Positions 1 through 8,750 of a DNA stretch of 64,000 nt are shown here, one piece after another. The translations under genes were made by a program, and so were the position numbers. The stretch's first letter is position 1. Each line of letters begins with the position of its first letter. Source of the DNA: Escherichia coli. Its GTDB lineage: Bacteria > Pseudomonadota > Gammaproteobacteria > Enterobacterales > Enterobacteriaceae. Location of the stretch: NCBI RefSeq assembly GCF_003018235.1, contig NZ_CP027437.1; one strand, 5' to 3'. Under the pieces are notes generated by a model, which was not told where the DNA came from, made no database searches, and was given only the letters and a program-made list of their open reading frames with translations.

Positions 1-1332
1 GCGGCATTTTTTAACTTTTTTGGCGTATTGCTAGGCGGACTTAGCGTTGCCTATGCCATTGTCCATATGTTGCCAACCGATTTGTTGCTGAATATGGGGT
101 CAACTCACGGCCTGGCGATGGTCTTTTCCATGCTGCTGGCGGCGATTATCTGGAACCTGGGAACGTGGTTCTTTGGTTTACCGGCCTCCAGTTCGCATAC
201 CTTGATTGGTGCGATTATCGGCATCGGTTTAACCAACGCGCTGTTAACCGGCTCATCGGTGATGGATGCGTTAAACCTGCGTGAAGTGACCAAAATTTTC
301 TCCTCGCTGATTGTTTCCCCTATCGTCGGCCTGGTCATTGCGGGAGGCCTGATATTCCTGCTGCGCCGCTACTGGAGCGGGACGAAAAAGCGTGACCGTA
401 TTCACCGCATTCCGGAAGATCGCAAAAAGAAAAAAGGCAAACGTAAGCCACCATTCTGGACGCGTATTGCGCTGATTGTTTCCGCTGCGGGCGTGGCGTT
501 TTCGCACGGCGCGAACGACGGGCAGAAAGGGATCGGCCTGGTGATGCTGGTACTGGTGGGGATTGCCCCTGCTGGTTTCGTCGTCAATATGAATGCGTCC
601 GGCTATGAAATTACCCGTACCCGCGATGCCGTCACCAACTTTGAACACTATCTGCAACAGCATCCTGAACTGCCGCAGAAGTTGATTGCGATGGAACCTC
701 CATTGCCTGCGGCATCGACTGATGGCACGCAAGTAACGGAGTTTCACTGTCATCCGGCAAATACCTTTGATGCGATTGCGCGCGTTAAAACGATGCTGCC
801 AGGCAATATGGAAAGTTACGAGCCGTTAAGCGTGAGTCAGCGCAGCCAGCTGCGCCGCATTATGCTGTGCATCTCTGATACCTCCGCGAAGCTGGCGAAA
901 CTGCCAGGCGTCAGTAAAGAAGACCAGAACCTGCTGAAAAAACTGCGCAGCGATATGTTAAGCACCATTGAGTACGCTCCGGTGTGGATCATCATGGCAG
1001 TAGCTCTGGCGCTCGGCATTGGCACCATGATTGGCTGGCGTCGTGTAGCGATGACCATCGGTGAGAAGATTGGTAAGCGCGGCATGACGTATGCGCAAGG
1101 CATGGCGGCACAAATGACGGCGGCAGTGTCTATCGGCCTTGCCAGTTATATTGGGATGCCCGTCTCCACAACACACGTCCTCTCGTCTGCGGTAGCAGGG
1201 ACGATGGTGGTGGACGGCGGTGGGTTACAGCGTAAAACGGTAACCAGCATCCTGATGGCGTGGGTGTTTACTTTACCGGCGGCGATTTTTCTTTCTGGTG
1301 GGTTGTACTGGATAGCATTGCAGTTGATTTAA
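1..1332 (+). CDS. pitB: Low-affinity inorganic phosphate transporter PitB; 5' end lies outside the window
   Basis: ORF 28..1332 is in frame with position 1 and matches the C-terminal ~430 aa of the PiT-family phosphate permease (paired PiT repeats, lysine-rich cytoplasmic loop). Called pitB rather than pitA from the adjacent yghT/yghS/yghR. Confidence 0.85.
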   Translation, partial: AAFFNFFGVLLGGLSVAYAIVHMLPTDLLLNMGSTHGLAMVFSMLLAAIIWNLGTWFFGLPASSSHTLIGAIIGIGLTNALLTGSSVMDALNLREVTKIFSSLIVSPIVGLVIAGGLIFLLRRYWSGTKKRDRIHRIPEDRKKKKGKRKPPFWTRIALIVSAAGVAFSHGANDGQKGIGLVMLVLVGIAPAGFVVNMNASGYEITRTRDAVTNFEHYLQQHPELPQKLIAMEPPLPAASTDGTQVTEFHCHPANTFDAIARVKTMLPGNMESYEPLSVSQRSQLRRIMLCISDTSAKLAKLPGVSKEDQNLLKKLRSDMLSTIEYAPVWIIMAVALALGIGTMIGWRRVAMTIGEKIGKRGMTYAQGMAAQMTAAVSIGLASYIGMPVSTTHVLSSAVAGTMVVDGGGLQRKTVTSILMAWVFTLPAAIFLSGGLYWIALQLI

Positions 1333-1341
1333 TCTTCCTGA

Positions 1342-1378
1342 AAATGCCCGGTCCTGGCGATCGGGCATTTCCATTTTT
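1342..1378. terminator. Hairpin with flanking T-run between convergent pitB and yghT; likely bidirectional intrinsic terminator
   Basis: Inverted repeat aatgcccg / cgggcatt at 1343-1350 and 1362-1369, followed by ccatttttg. Confidence 0.6.
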
Positions 1379-1380
1379 GA

Positions 1381-2073
1381 CTAGTGATACCCACGCGCGG
1401 TCATAAAATCCGTAATCGCTTTTTCTGCATCAACCAGTACCTTTTCCAGTGGCTGATTGGCGTCGATATCAACCAGTTGTGCACCACCAAAGGTTAACTG
1501 TGGCGTTATGGCTATCTTTCTTGCCAGCGATTCCCTTTTGTGGTCAGGCTTACGCGCGCAGGCCACGTCTAGATCGACATTGAGTTTGATGACCAGATCA
1601 GGTTTATGGCTCGCCATCCAGTGAAACGCTTTACGTTCCTGGCTTGCCAGCCATGAGACAAAACGACCACCTTCAATGTTAGGTGGGAACACTGTACCAT
1701 CGTAAGCGCCAGGAATTTGGTCCTGAGGATAACGGTCGGTTAGAACAATTAACCCGCGACGACGACAGGCAAGCATATGACGAAAGCGCAGTAAGCGACG
1801 GGCGACAAACGCTGTAATTACCAGCGCCGGAACAGGGCCAGGCAATTTTTTTGCTGTTTTCACCTGATTTCGTTCAATTGTTTTATGTAAGGATTTTCCC
1901 ATCAACGGTAATTTTGTCACTGCACGACCGACATTTCCGGCCTGTTTTCCTAAATGAACTCTTTCGGCTGCACCATATTTTTCGACAACGGTAATGAGAT
2001 GTTCACACACCGTTGACTTGCCTGAACCATCGCTACCAATAACGGCAATTAATGGAGGTGTTATTGACTGCAT
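1381..2073 (-). CDS. yghT: P-loop NTPase, kinase-like (YghT family)
   Basis: 230-aa ORF with Walker [14 protein letters not shown] and a downstream LTDRYP motif resembling the DRY/DRH motif of thymidylate/nucleoside-kinase-fold enzymes; paralogous to the next two genes. Confidence 0.8.
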   Translation of the reverse strand: MQSITPPLIAVIGSDGSGKSTVCEHLITVVEKYGAAERVHLGKQAGNVGRAVTKLPLMGKSLHKTIERNQVKTAKKLPGPVPALVITAFVARRLLRFRHMLACRRRGLIVLTDRYPQDQIPGAYDGTVFPPNIEGGRFVSWLASQERKAFHWMASHKPDLVIKLNVDLDVACARKPDHKRESLARKIAITPQLTFGGAQLVDIDANQPLEKVLVDAEKAITDFMTARGYH

Positions 2074-2246
2074 GAATATATCCTTTAATTTAAATATCCA
2101 TTAAAAATATTTATTTGGTTAATATGTTTTTATGAAAGCGTAATTCAGGTCAATGTCACAATTAACCATTGTCACAATAAGGTTGAACGGATATTCTGAG
2201 CACGGACCACGTAATATTCAATACATTATTTGCTGCCGGGTTTTTC

Positions 2247-2960
2247 GTGAATCAACGTAATATGTCAATAATTAATTCCACGCCAGTGCGTGTTATTGCC
2301 ATTGTAGGATGTGATGGTTCAGGTAAATCGACCCTCACGGCAAGCCTGGTAAATGAACTGGCAGCAAGAATGCCAACAGAACACATTTATCTCGGGCAAT
2401 CGTCCGGGCGAATTGGCGAATGGATTTCACAGCTCCCTGTTATTGGCGCACCTTTTGGGCGTTATTTGCGAAGTAAAGCGGCACATGTGCACGAAAAGCC
2501 CTCAGCACCGCCTGGCAATATTACTGCGCTGGTTATCTATCTGCTTTCCTGCTGGCGGGCGTACAAGTTTCGCAAAATGTTGTGTAAAAGCCAGCAAGGC
2601 TATCTGCTCATCACCGACCGCTACCCGCAGGTTGAAGTGCCGGGTTTTCGCTTTGATGGCCCGCAATTGGCAAAAACCACGGGCGGTAACGGTTGGATAA
2701 AAATGTTAAGGCAGCGCGAGCTGAAGCTGTACCAATGGATGGCGTCTTATTTGCCCGTATTGTTGATTCGTCTTGGCATTGATGAACAAACCGCGTTTGC
2801 GCGTAAACCTGACCACCAACTGGCAGCGTTACAGGAAAAAATCGCCGTTACGCCGCAACTGACATTCAATGGCGCAAAGATCCTTGAACTGGATGGTCGG
2901 CAACCAGCCGATGAAATTATGCAAGCGTCACTACGCGCAATTCACGCCGCGCTTTCCTGA
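2247..2960 (+). CDS. yghS: P-loop NTPase, kinase-like (YghS family)
   Basis: 237-aa ORF with Walker A IAIVGCDGSGKST and ITDRYPQ motif; clear paralog of yghT and yghR; no ABC signature (LSGGQ). Confidence 0.8.
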   Translation: MNQRNMSIINSTPVRVIAIVGCDGSGKSTLTASLVNELAARMPTEHIYLGQSSGRIGEWISQLPVIGAPFGRYLRSKAAHVHEKPSAPPGNITALVIYLLSCWRAYKFRKMLCKSQQGYLLITDRYPQVEVPGFRFDGPQLAKTTGGNGWIKMLRQRELKLYQWMASYLPVLLIRLGIDEQTAFARKPDHQLAALQEKIAVTPQLTFNGAKILELDGRQPADEIMQASLRAIHAALS

Positions 2961-2991
2961 TCACCAAAATGGATAGGGGATGATTTAACGA

Positions 2992-3748
2992 ATGGATGCA
3001 CTACAAACACAAACTGTTAAGAGTACAACCGCGCCGCAGCCCAACTACATTCCGGGGCTGATTGCGGTGGTCGGGTGTGATGGCACCGGTAAATCCACGC
3101 TGACCACCGACCTGGTGAAATCGCTGCAACAACACTGGCAAACCGAGCGGCGCTATCTGGGGCTGCTCTCCGGCGAAGACGGCGACAAAATCAAACGATT
3201 GCCGTTGGTTGGCGTCTGGCTGGAACGGCGGCTGGCGGCCAAATCCTCGAAAACCCAAAGCATGAAAACCAAATTTCCAGCGCTATGGGCGGCGGTGATT
3301 ATGTACTGCTTCTCGCTGCGAAGAATGGCGAATCTACGCAAGGTTCAGCGACTGGCGCAAAGTGGCGTTCTGGTGGTCAGCGATCGCTTCCCGCAGGCTG
3401 AAATTTCGGGCTTTTATTATGACGGACCGGGGATCGGCGTCGAACGTGCGACCGGGAAAATCAGCATGTTTCTGGCGCAGCGCGAACGGCGTTTATACCA
3501 ACAAATGGCGCTACCGTCCTGAATTAATCATTCGCCTGGGCATTGATATTGATACTGCCATCTCCCGCAAGCCTGACCATGACTATGCCGAGCTGCAGGA
3601 CAAAATCGGCGTCATGTCGACGATTGGCTATAACGGCACAAAAATTCTTGAGATTGATTCCAGAGCGCCTTACAGCGAGGTGCTGGAACAGGCACAGAAG
3701 GCGGTTTCTCTGGTTGCCATCGTTTCTGACCGCCGAAGTTTAACTTAA
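2992..3748 (+). pseudogene. yghR: P-loop NTPase paralog YghR, apparently frameshifted
   Basis: Paralog homology runs in frame 1 (ORF 2992..3522, Walker A IAVVGCDGTGKST, VSDRFPQ) and then continues in another frame (ORF 3362..3748, RPELIIRLGIDIDTAISRKPDH aligning with yghS LPVLLIRLGIDEQTAFARKPDH). The 757-nt span is not a multiple of 3. Confidence 0.55.
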
Positions 3749-3793
3749 GGCAGGCGGGATACTTTTTACTATCAACGATAAGGTCAGGCTGAA

Positions 3794-5143
3794 TTGGCGG
3801 GTTTTAACATCAAACATTGGTTTGCAGATGGCGCGTTTCGCACCATTATTCGCAATAGCGCCTGGTTAGGCTCCAGTAATGTCGTGAGCGCCTTGCTGGG
3901 TCTGTTGGCGCTCTCGTGTGCCGGTAAAGGGATGACGCCCGCCATGTTTGGCGTACTGGTGATTGTGCAATCGTACGCCAAGTCGATCAGCGATTTTATT
4001 AAGTTTCAGACATGGCAGCTGGTGGTTCAGTACGGAACGCCAGCCTTGACCAACAATAATCCGCAGCAATTTCGCAATGTTGTCTCATTTTCCTTCTCGC
4101 TGGATATCGTCAGCGGCGCGGTGGCGATTGTCGGCGGCATTGCCTTACTGCCATTCCTTTCCCATTCATTAGGTCTGGATGACCAAAGCTTTTGGCTGGC
4201 GGCGCTCTATTGCACGCTCATTCCTTCAATGGCTTCCTCCACGCCGACCGGCATTCTGCGTGCGGTAGATCGCTTTGATTTGATTGCTGTACAGCAGGCG
4301 ACGAAACCTTTTCTGCGCGCAGCGGGGAGCGTCGTAGCCTGGTATTTTGACTTTGGTTTTGCGGGTTTTGTTATTGCCTGGTACGTGTCGAATCTGGTTG
4401 GCGGCACCATGTACTGGTGGTTTGCCGCGCGCGAATTACGCCGCAGAAATATCCATAACACCTTCAAATTGAATCTGTTTGAGTCTGCCCGACACATTAA
4501 AGGCGCGTGGAGTTTTGTCTGGTCAACCAACATTGCCCACTCCATCTGGTCGGCACGTAACTCGTGCAGCACAGTGCTGGTGGGGATCGTGTTAGGACCC
4601 GCTGCCGCCGGGTTATTTAAAATCGCCATGACATTCTTCGACGCCGCCGGAACGCCAGCGGGTTTACTGGGTAAAAGTTTTTACCCAGAGGTGATGCGTT
4701 TAGATCCGCGCACCACCAGACCGTGGTTGTTAGGCGTGAAGTCCGGTTTACTGGCGGGCGGAATCGGTATTCTGGTGGCGCTCGCGGTGTTGATCGTCGG
4801 CAAGCCGCTCATTTCGCTGGTGTTTGGCGTTAAGTATCTCGAAGCGTATGACCTGATTCAGGTGATGCTGGGCGCAATTGTGATTTCGATGCTGGGCTTC
4901 CCACAGGAGTCATTGCTATTGATGGCGGGAAAACAGCGCGCTTTTCTCGTGGCGCAAACCATCGCCTCAATCGGCTACATCGTATTGCTGTTCATGTTCT
5001 GTCATCTGTTTGGCGTGCTGGGGGCTGCATTTGCTTACTTCGCTGGGCAATGTCTGGATGTGGTGTTCTCGCTAATTCCAACCTTAAAGGCATTTTTTCA
5101 GCGCCATTCCTTGCTTTATAACGCAGCCGGAGAGAAATCCTGA
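3794..5143 (+). CDS. yghQ: Polytopic inner-membrane protein, MOP-superfamily flippase-like (YghQ); true start uncertain
   Basis: 449-aa ORF with many hydrophobic segments; I recall YghQ being annotated as a putative polysaccharide/lipid flippase. K-12 protein is shorter by my recollection, so an internal start is possible. Confidence 0.7.
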   Translation: MAGFNIKHWFADGAFRTIIRNSAWLGSSNVVSALLGLLALSCAGKGMTPAMFGVLVIVQSYAKSISDFIKFQTWQLVVQYGTPALTNNNPQQFRNVVSFSFSLDIVSGAVAIVGGIALLPFLSHSLGLDDQSFWLAALYCTLIPSMASSTPTGILRAVDRFDLIAVQQATKPFLRAAGSVVAWYFDFGFAGFVIAWYVSNLVGGTMYWWFAARELRRRNIHNTFKLNLFESARHIKGAWSFVWSTNIAHSIWSARNSCSTVLVGIVLGPAAAGLFKIAMTFFDAAGTPAGLLGKSFYPEVMRLDPRTTRPWLLGVKSGLLAGGIGILVALAVLIVGKPLISLVFGVKYLEAYDLIQVMLGAIVISMLGFPQESLLLMAGKQRAFLVAQTIASIGYIVLLFMFCHLFGVLGAAFAYFAGQCLDVVFSLIPTLKAFFQRHSLLYNAAGEKS

Positions 5144-5967
5144 TGATGAGAAAATATTTCCCGCTTGAGGCTAGCGAGCGTCTATTTGTTGCGATTGAAG
5201 AAGATGATGTCGTTGATGCACAGGTCAGTTTGCCGCCGACTATCGCACTAAGTTGTACCACCGAAATCATCCATGATAATTACGCGTTATGCCTGAAATT
5301 CTGGCTGGATGGTGTTAATCGTCAGGAGCTACTGCGTTTAATCCGCAAACAGGCGAAAGGCGATGAGCTGACGACAGACGAGCGCAAAAAGTATAAATAC
5401 ATGCGAGCGCGCTACAAGCATCTGCGCTTTGCGCAACGGCTGTATTTAAAGAAGCATCAGGCCGGATTTTTATTCGGCAAAACGACCGTTTTTTTGGGGC
5501 GTTTTCAGGACGGCTTTCGTAACGGTAAGAAAAATATTGTGTCGTATTACGGCAACCTGTTACGGGTTTATTTAAGCTCTCCGGTCTGGTCGTTGGTGAA
5601 CTATTCATTACGCCATAGCCAGTTAGAAAGCGTAAGCGGTTTTATTGCCTATCGGCAAAAGCAAATGCATACCCTGAAAGAGATAATTGCCAAACCGCGA
5701 CTAACTGGCAGGGAATTTCATGATGTGCGAAAAATCATCAGCCAGCAGGTTTCTTATTACGACACCCTAAGATCGCTTGATCCTGAAAATAAAGAGGCGT
5801 TACAGATTTCCCGCTTCCTCGCCGCCATTAATGGCCTGATGGGGGATAAACACGACGACATGGTGGCGGATGATATGGAAAACCGCCAGTCGTATGATGC
5901 ACCGGTGGCGCTGGATAGCGATATTCGCCAGCGCTTAGAGCTGCTGATTTCGCGTTTTCCGCTATAA
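5143..5967 (+). CDS. Hypothetical basic protein, 274 aa, function unknown
   Basis: ORF start overlaps the yghQ stop (TGATG), indicating translational coupling; no motif I recognise. Confidence 0.55.
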   Translation: MMRKYFPLEASERLFVAIEEDDVVDAQVSLPPTIALSCTTEIIHDNYALCLKFWLDGVNRQELLRLIRKQAKGDELTTDERKKYKYMRARYKHLRFAQRLYLKKHQAGFLFGKTTVFLGRFQDGFRNGKKNIVSYYGNLLRVYLSSPVWSLVNYSLRHSQLESVSGFIAYRQKQMHTLKEIIAKPRLTGREFHDVRKIISQQVSYYDTLRSLDPENKEALQISRFLAAINGLMGDKHDDMVADDMENRQSYDAPVALDSDIRQRLELLISRFPL

Positions 5968-5975
5968 CCGGAGCA

Positions 5976-6539
5976 ATGATGTCATCTCGTTTGATTATTG
6001 CGCTGATTATCATGCTCTTAGCCCCGGGTGTGCAGGCACACAATTTCGTCACTGGCAAAACGGTTACCCCTGTTTATATCCAGGAAGGCGGCGAGCTGCT
6101 TCTGAATAGCGACGACGAAATTCACTACCAAAAGTGGAACAGCACACAGCTGGCGGGAAAAGTTCGCATTATTCAGTATATCGCCGGGCGTAAGTCGGCG
6201 AAGAAAAAGAACTCACTGTTAATTAAAGCGGTTGAAGCGGCAAACTTTCCGCAGGATCGTTTTCAGCCCACCACCATTGTGAACACCGATGATGCCATTT
6301 TTGGTACTGGCTATTTTGTCGTTGGCAAAATCGAAAAAAATAAACGCCGCTATCCGTGGGCGCAATTCGTTATTGACGGCAATGGACAGGGACGCGTTGC
6401 CTGGCGGTTGCCGGAGCAGAGTTCAACCATTCTGGTGCTGAATAAAGCCGGGCAAATTCAGTGGGCAAAGGACGGCAGCCTGACGCCGGAAGAGGTAGAA
6501 CATGTCATTGCGCTGGCGCAGAAACTGATCAATGAATAA
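5976..6539 (+). CDS. Secreted/periplasmic YtfJ-family protein
   Basis: 187-aa ORF with N-terminal signal peptide (MMSSRLIIALIIMLLAPGVQA then HNF). Blocks TTIVNTDDAI and WAKDGSLTPEEV match my memory of E. coli YtfJ. Confidence 0.6.
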   Translation: MMSSRLIIALIIMLLAPGVQAHNFVTGKTVTPVYIQEGGELLLNSDDEIHYQKWNSTQLAGKVRIIQYIAGRKSAKKKNSLLIKAVEAANFPQDRFQPTTIVNTDDAIFGTGYFVVGKIEKNKRRYPWAQFVIDGNGQGRVAWRLPEQSSTILVLNKAGQIQWAKDGSLTPEEVEHVIALAQKLINE

Positions 6540-6569
6540 AAAATTCAAAGGATTGAGGGCGTTAGTGAG

Positions 6570-7640
6570 ATGAAGCTGGTTGAACACTACATCATGCGTG
6601 GTACGCGCCGTCTGGTGCTGATTATCGTCGGTTTTCTGATCTTTATTTTCGCCAGCTACTCCGCACAGCGTTATCTGACCGAAGCGGCAAATGGGACATT
6701 AGCTCTTGATGTTGTGCTGGATATTGTTTTCTACAAGGTGCTGATTGCACTGGAGATGTTGTTACCTGTTGGACTGTATGTGTCAGTTGGCGTGACGCTA
6801 GGGCAGATGTATACCGACTCGGAAATTACCGCTATTTCTGCGGCGGGGGGCAGTCCGGGACGCTTGTACAAAGCCGTTCTTTATCTGGCGATACCGCTAA
6901 GTATTTTTGTCACCCTTCTGTCGATGTATGGTCGTCCGTGGGCTTATGCGCAGATTTATCAACTGGAGCAACAGTCACAGTCGGAGCTGGATGTTCGCCA
7001 GTTGCGGGCAAAGAAATTTAACACTAACGATAACGGACGAATGATCCTTTCGCAGACGGTTGATCAGGATAATAATCGCCTGACTGACGCGCTGATTTAT
7101 ACTTCTACTGCCAATCGAACCCGCATTTTCCGCGCCCGTTCGGTTGATGTGGTTGACCCATCACCTGAGAAACCGACCGTTATGTTGCATAACGGGACCG
7201 CCTATCTTCTCGATCATCAGGGGCGTGACGACAACGAACAGATCTACCGTAATCTGCAATTACATCTGAATCCGCTGGATCAAAGCCCTAACGTCAAACG
7301 CAAAGCAAAATCGGTCACGGAGCTGGCGCGCTCCGCCTTTCCTGCCGATCATGCCGAACTGCAATGGCGACAAAGCCGTGGCCTGACAGCATTGTTGATG
7401 GCGCTGCTGGCCATTTCATTAAGTCGGGTAAAACCGCGGCAAGGGCGATTTTCAACGTTATTGCCACTGACGTTGCTGTTTATTGCCATTTTTTATGGCG
7501 GCGACGTCTGCCGTACGCTGGTGGCTAACGGCGCGATTCCCCTCATTCCTGGTTTGTGGTTAGTACCCGGACTCATGCTAATGGGCCTGCTGATGCTGGT
7601 CGCACGCGACTTCTCATTGCTGCAGAAATTTTCCCGATGA
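6570..7640 (+). CDS. LptF/LptG-family (YjgP/YjgQ) permease, first of a pair
   Basis: 356-aa ORF with N-terminal TM helices, an LGQMYTDSEITAISAAG block resembling LptF LGKLYTESEIT, a central soluble domain and C-terminal TM helices. Confidence 0.7.
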   Translation: MKLVEHYIMRGTRRLVLIIVGFLIFIFASYSAQRYLTEAANGTLALDVVLDIVFYKVLIALEMLLPVGLYVSVGVTLGQMYTDSEITAISAAGGSPGRLYKAVLYLAIPLSIFVTLLSMYGRPWAYAQIYQLEQQSQSELDVRQLRAKKFNTNDNGRMILSQTVDQDNNRLTDALIYTSTANRTRIFRARSVDVVDPSPEKPTVMLHNGTAYLLDHQGRDDNEQIYRNLQLHLNPLDQSPNVKRKAKSVTELARSAFPADHAELQWRQSRGLTALLMALLAISLSRVKPRQGRFSTLLPLTLLFIAIFYGGDVCRTLVANGAIPLIPGLWLVPGLMLMGLLMLVARDFSLLQKFSR

Positions 7641-8716
7641 ATGTTTTCAGTCGCTATTTAATCCGTCATCTCTTTCTCGGTTTTGCCGCCGCCGCAGGGC
7701 TATTGCTGCCGCTTTTTACCACCTTCAACCTGATTAACGAACTGGATGATGTCAGCCCGGGCGGTTATCGCTGGACTCAGGCGGTGCTGGTGGTGCTGAT
7801 GACCTTACCGCGTACACTGGTCGAACTTTCGCCGTTTATCGCATTATTGGGAGGGATTGTTGGCCTGGGGCAGTTATCGAAAAACAGTGAGCTTACCGCC
7901 ATTCGCAGCACGGGGTTTTCTATCTTCCGTATTGCACTAGTGGCGCTGGTTGCCGGGATATTGTGGACTGTTTCGTTAGGCGCGATAGATGAGTGGGTGG
8001 CGTCGCCATTGCAGCAACAGGCGCTGCAAATCAAATCGACTGCCACCGCGTTGGGGGAGGACGATGACATTACCGGCAATATGCTTTGGGCCAGGCGCGG
8101 TAATGAATTTGTGACGGTGAAATCGCTGAACGAGCAGGGCCAGCCTGTGGGCGTGGAGATATTTCATTATCGCGACGATCTCTCGCTCGAATCCTACATT
8201 TTTGCACGCAGTGCCTCCATTGAAGACGACAAAACATGGATCCTGCATGGTGTGAATCATAAAAAATGGTTGAATGGCAAGGAAACGCTGGAAACATCAG
8301 ATAATCTTGCCTGGCAATCGGCCTTCACCAGTATGAATCTTGAAGAGTTATCGATGCCGGGAAATACTTTTTCTGTCCGTCAACTTAATCATTACATCCA
8401 TTATTTGCAGGAAACTGGGCAACCCAGCAGCGAATACCGCCTTGCACTGTGGGAAAAACTGGGACAACCCATCCTGACCCTGGCGATGATTTTGCTGGCT
8501 GTGCCGTTTACCTTTAGTGCCCCGCGTTCGCCTGGGATGGGTAGCCGTCTCGCTGTAGGCGTCATCGTGGGCTTACTTACCTGGATCAGCTATCAAATCA
8601 TGGTCAATCTGGGATTGCTATTTGCGTTGAGCGCACCTGTTACCGCGCTCGGTTTACCGGTAGCGTTTGTGCTGGTGGCGTTGAGCCTGGTGTATTGGTA
8701 TGACAGACAACATTAA
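7637..8716 (+). CDS. LptF/LptG-family (YjgP/YjgQ) permease, second of a pair
   Basis: Start MNVFSRYLIRH overlaps the upstream stop (ATGA at 7637-7640); SELTAIRSTGFS block resembles LptG SELVVMQASGF; same TM - periplasmic domain - TM layout. Confidence 0.7.
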   Translation: MNVFSRYLIRHLFLGFAAAAGLLLPLFTTFNLINELDDVSPGGYRWTQAVLVVLMTLPRTLVELSPFIALLGGIVGLGQLSKNSELTAIRSTGFSIFRIALVALVAGILWTVSLGAIDEWVASPLQQQALQIKSTATALGEDDDITGNMLWARRGNEFVTVKSLNEQGQPVGVEIFHYRDDLSLESYIFARSASIEDDKTWILHGVNHKKWLNGKETLETSDNLAWQSAFTSMNLEELSMPGNTFSVRQLNHYIHYLQETGQPSSEYRLALWEKLGQPILTLAMILLAVPFTFSAPRSPGMGSRLAVGVIVGLLTWISYQIMVNLGLLFALSAPVTALGLPVAFVLVALSLVYWYDRQH

Positions 8717-8717
8717 A

Positions 8718-8744
8718 CCCGCCGTGGCGCAACACCACAGCGGG
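8718..8744. terminator. Hairpin in the 35-bp gap between the convergent permease and Spt-like genes; possible bidirectional terminator
   Basis: cccgccgtgg (8718-8727) and ccacagcggg (8735-8744) form an imperfect inverted repeat with one mismatch. Confidence 0.4.
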
Positions 8745-8750
8745 CTCACA

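Noticed and set aside
105-1176. Several minus-strand ORFs (105..338, 271..753, 402..587, 837..1103, 958..1176) inside pitB
   Set aside because: Fully embedded antisense to a well-supported transporter gene, with no recognisable motifs; typical spurious ORFs.
2353-2700. 115-aa ORF in an alternative frame within yghS
   Set aside because: Overlaps the Walker-A-containing frame of yghS; the paralog alignment supports the yghS frame only.
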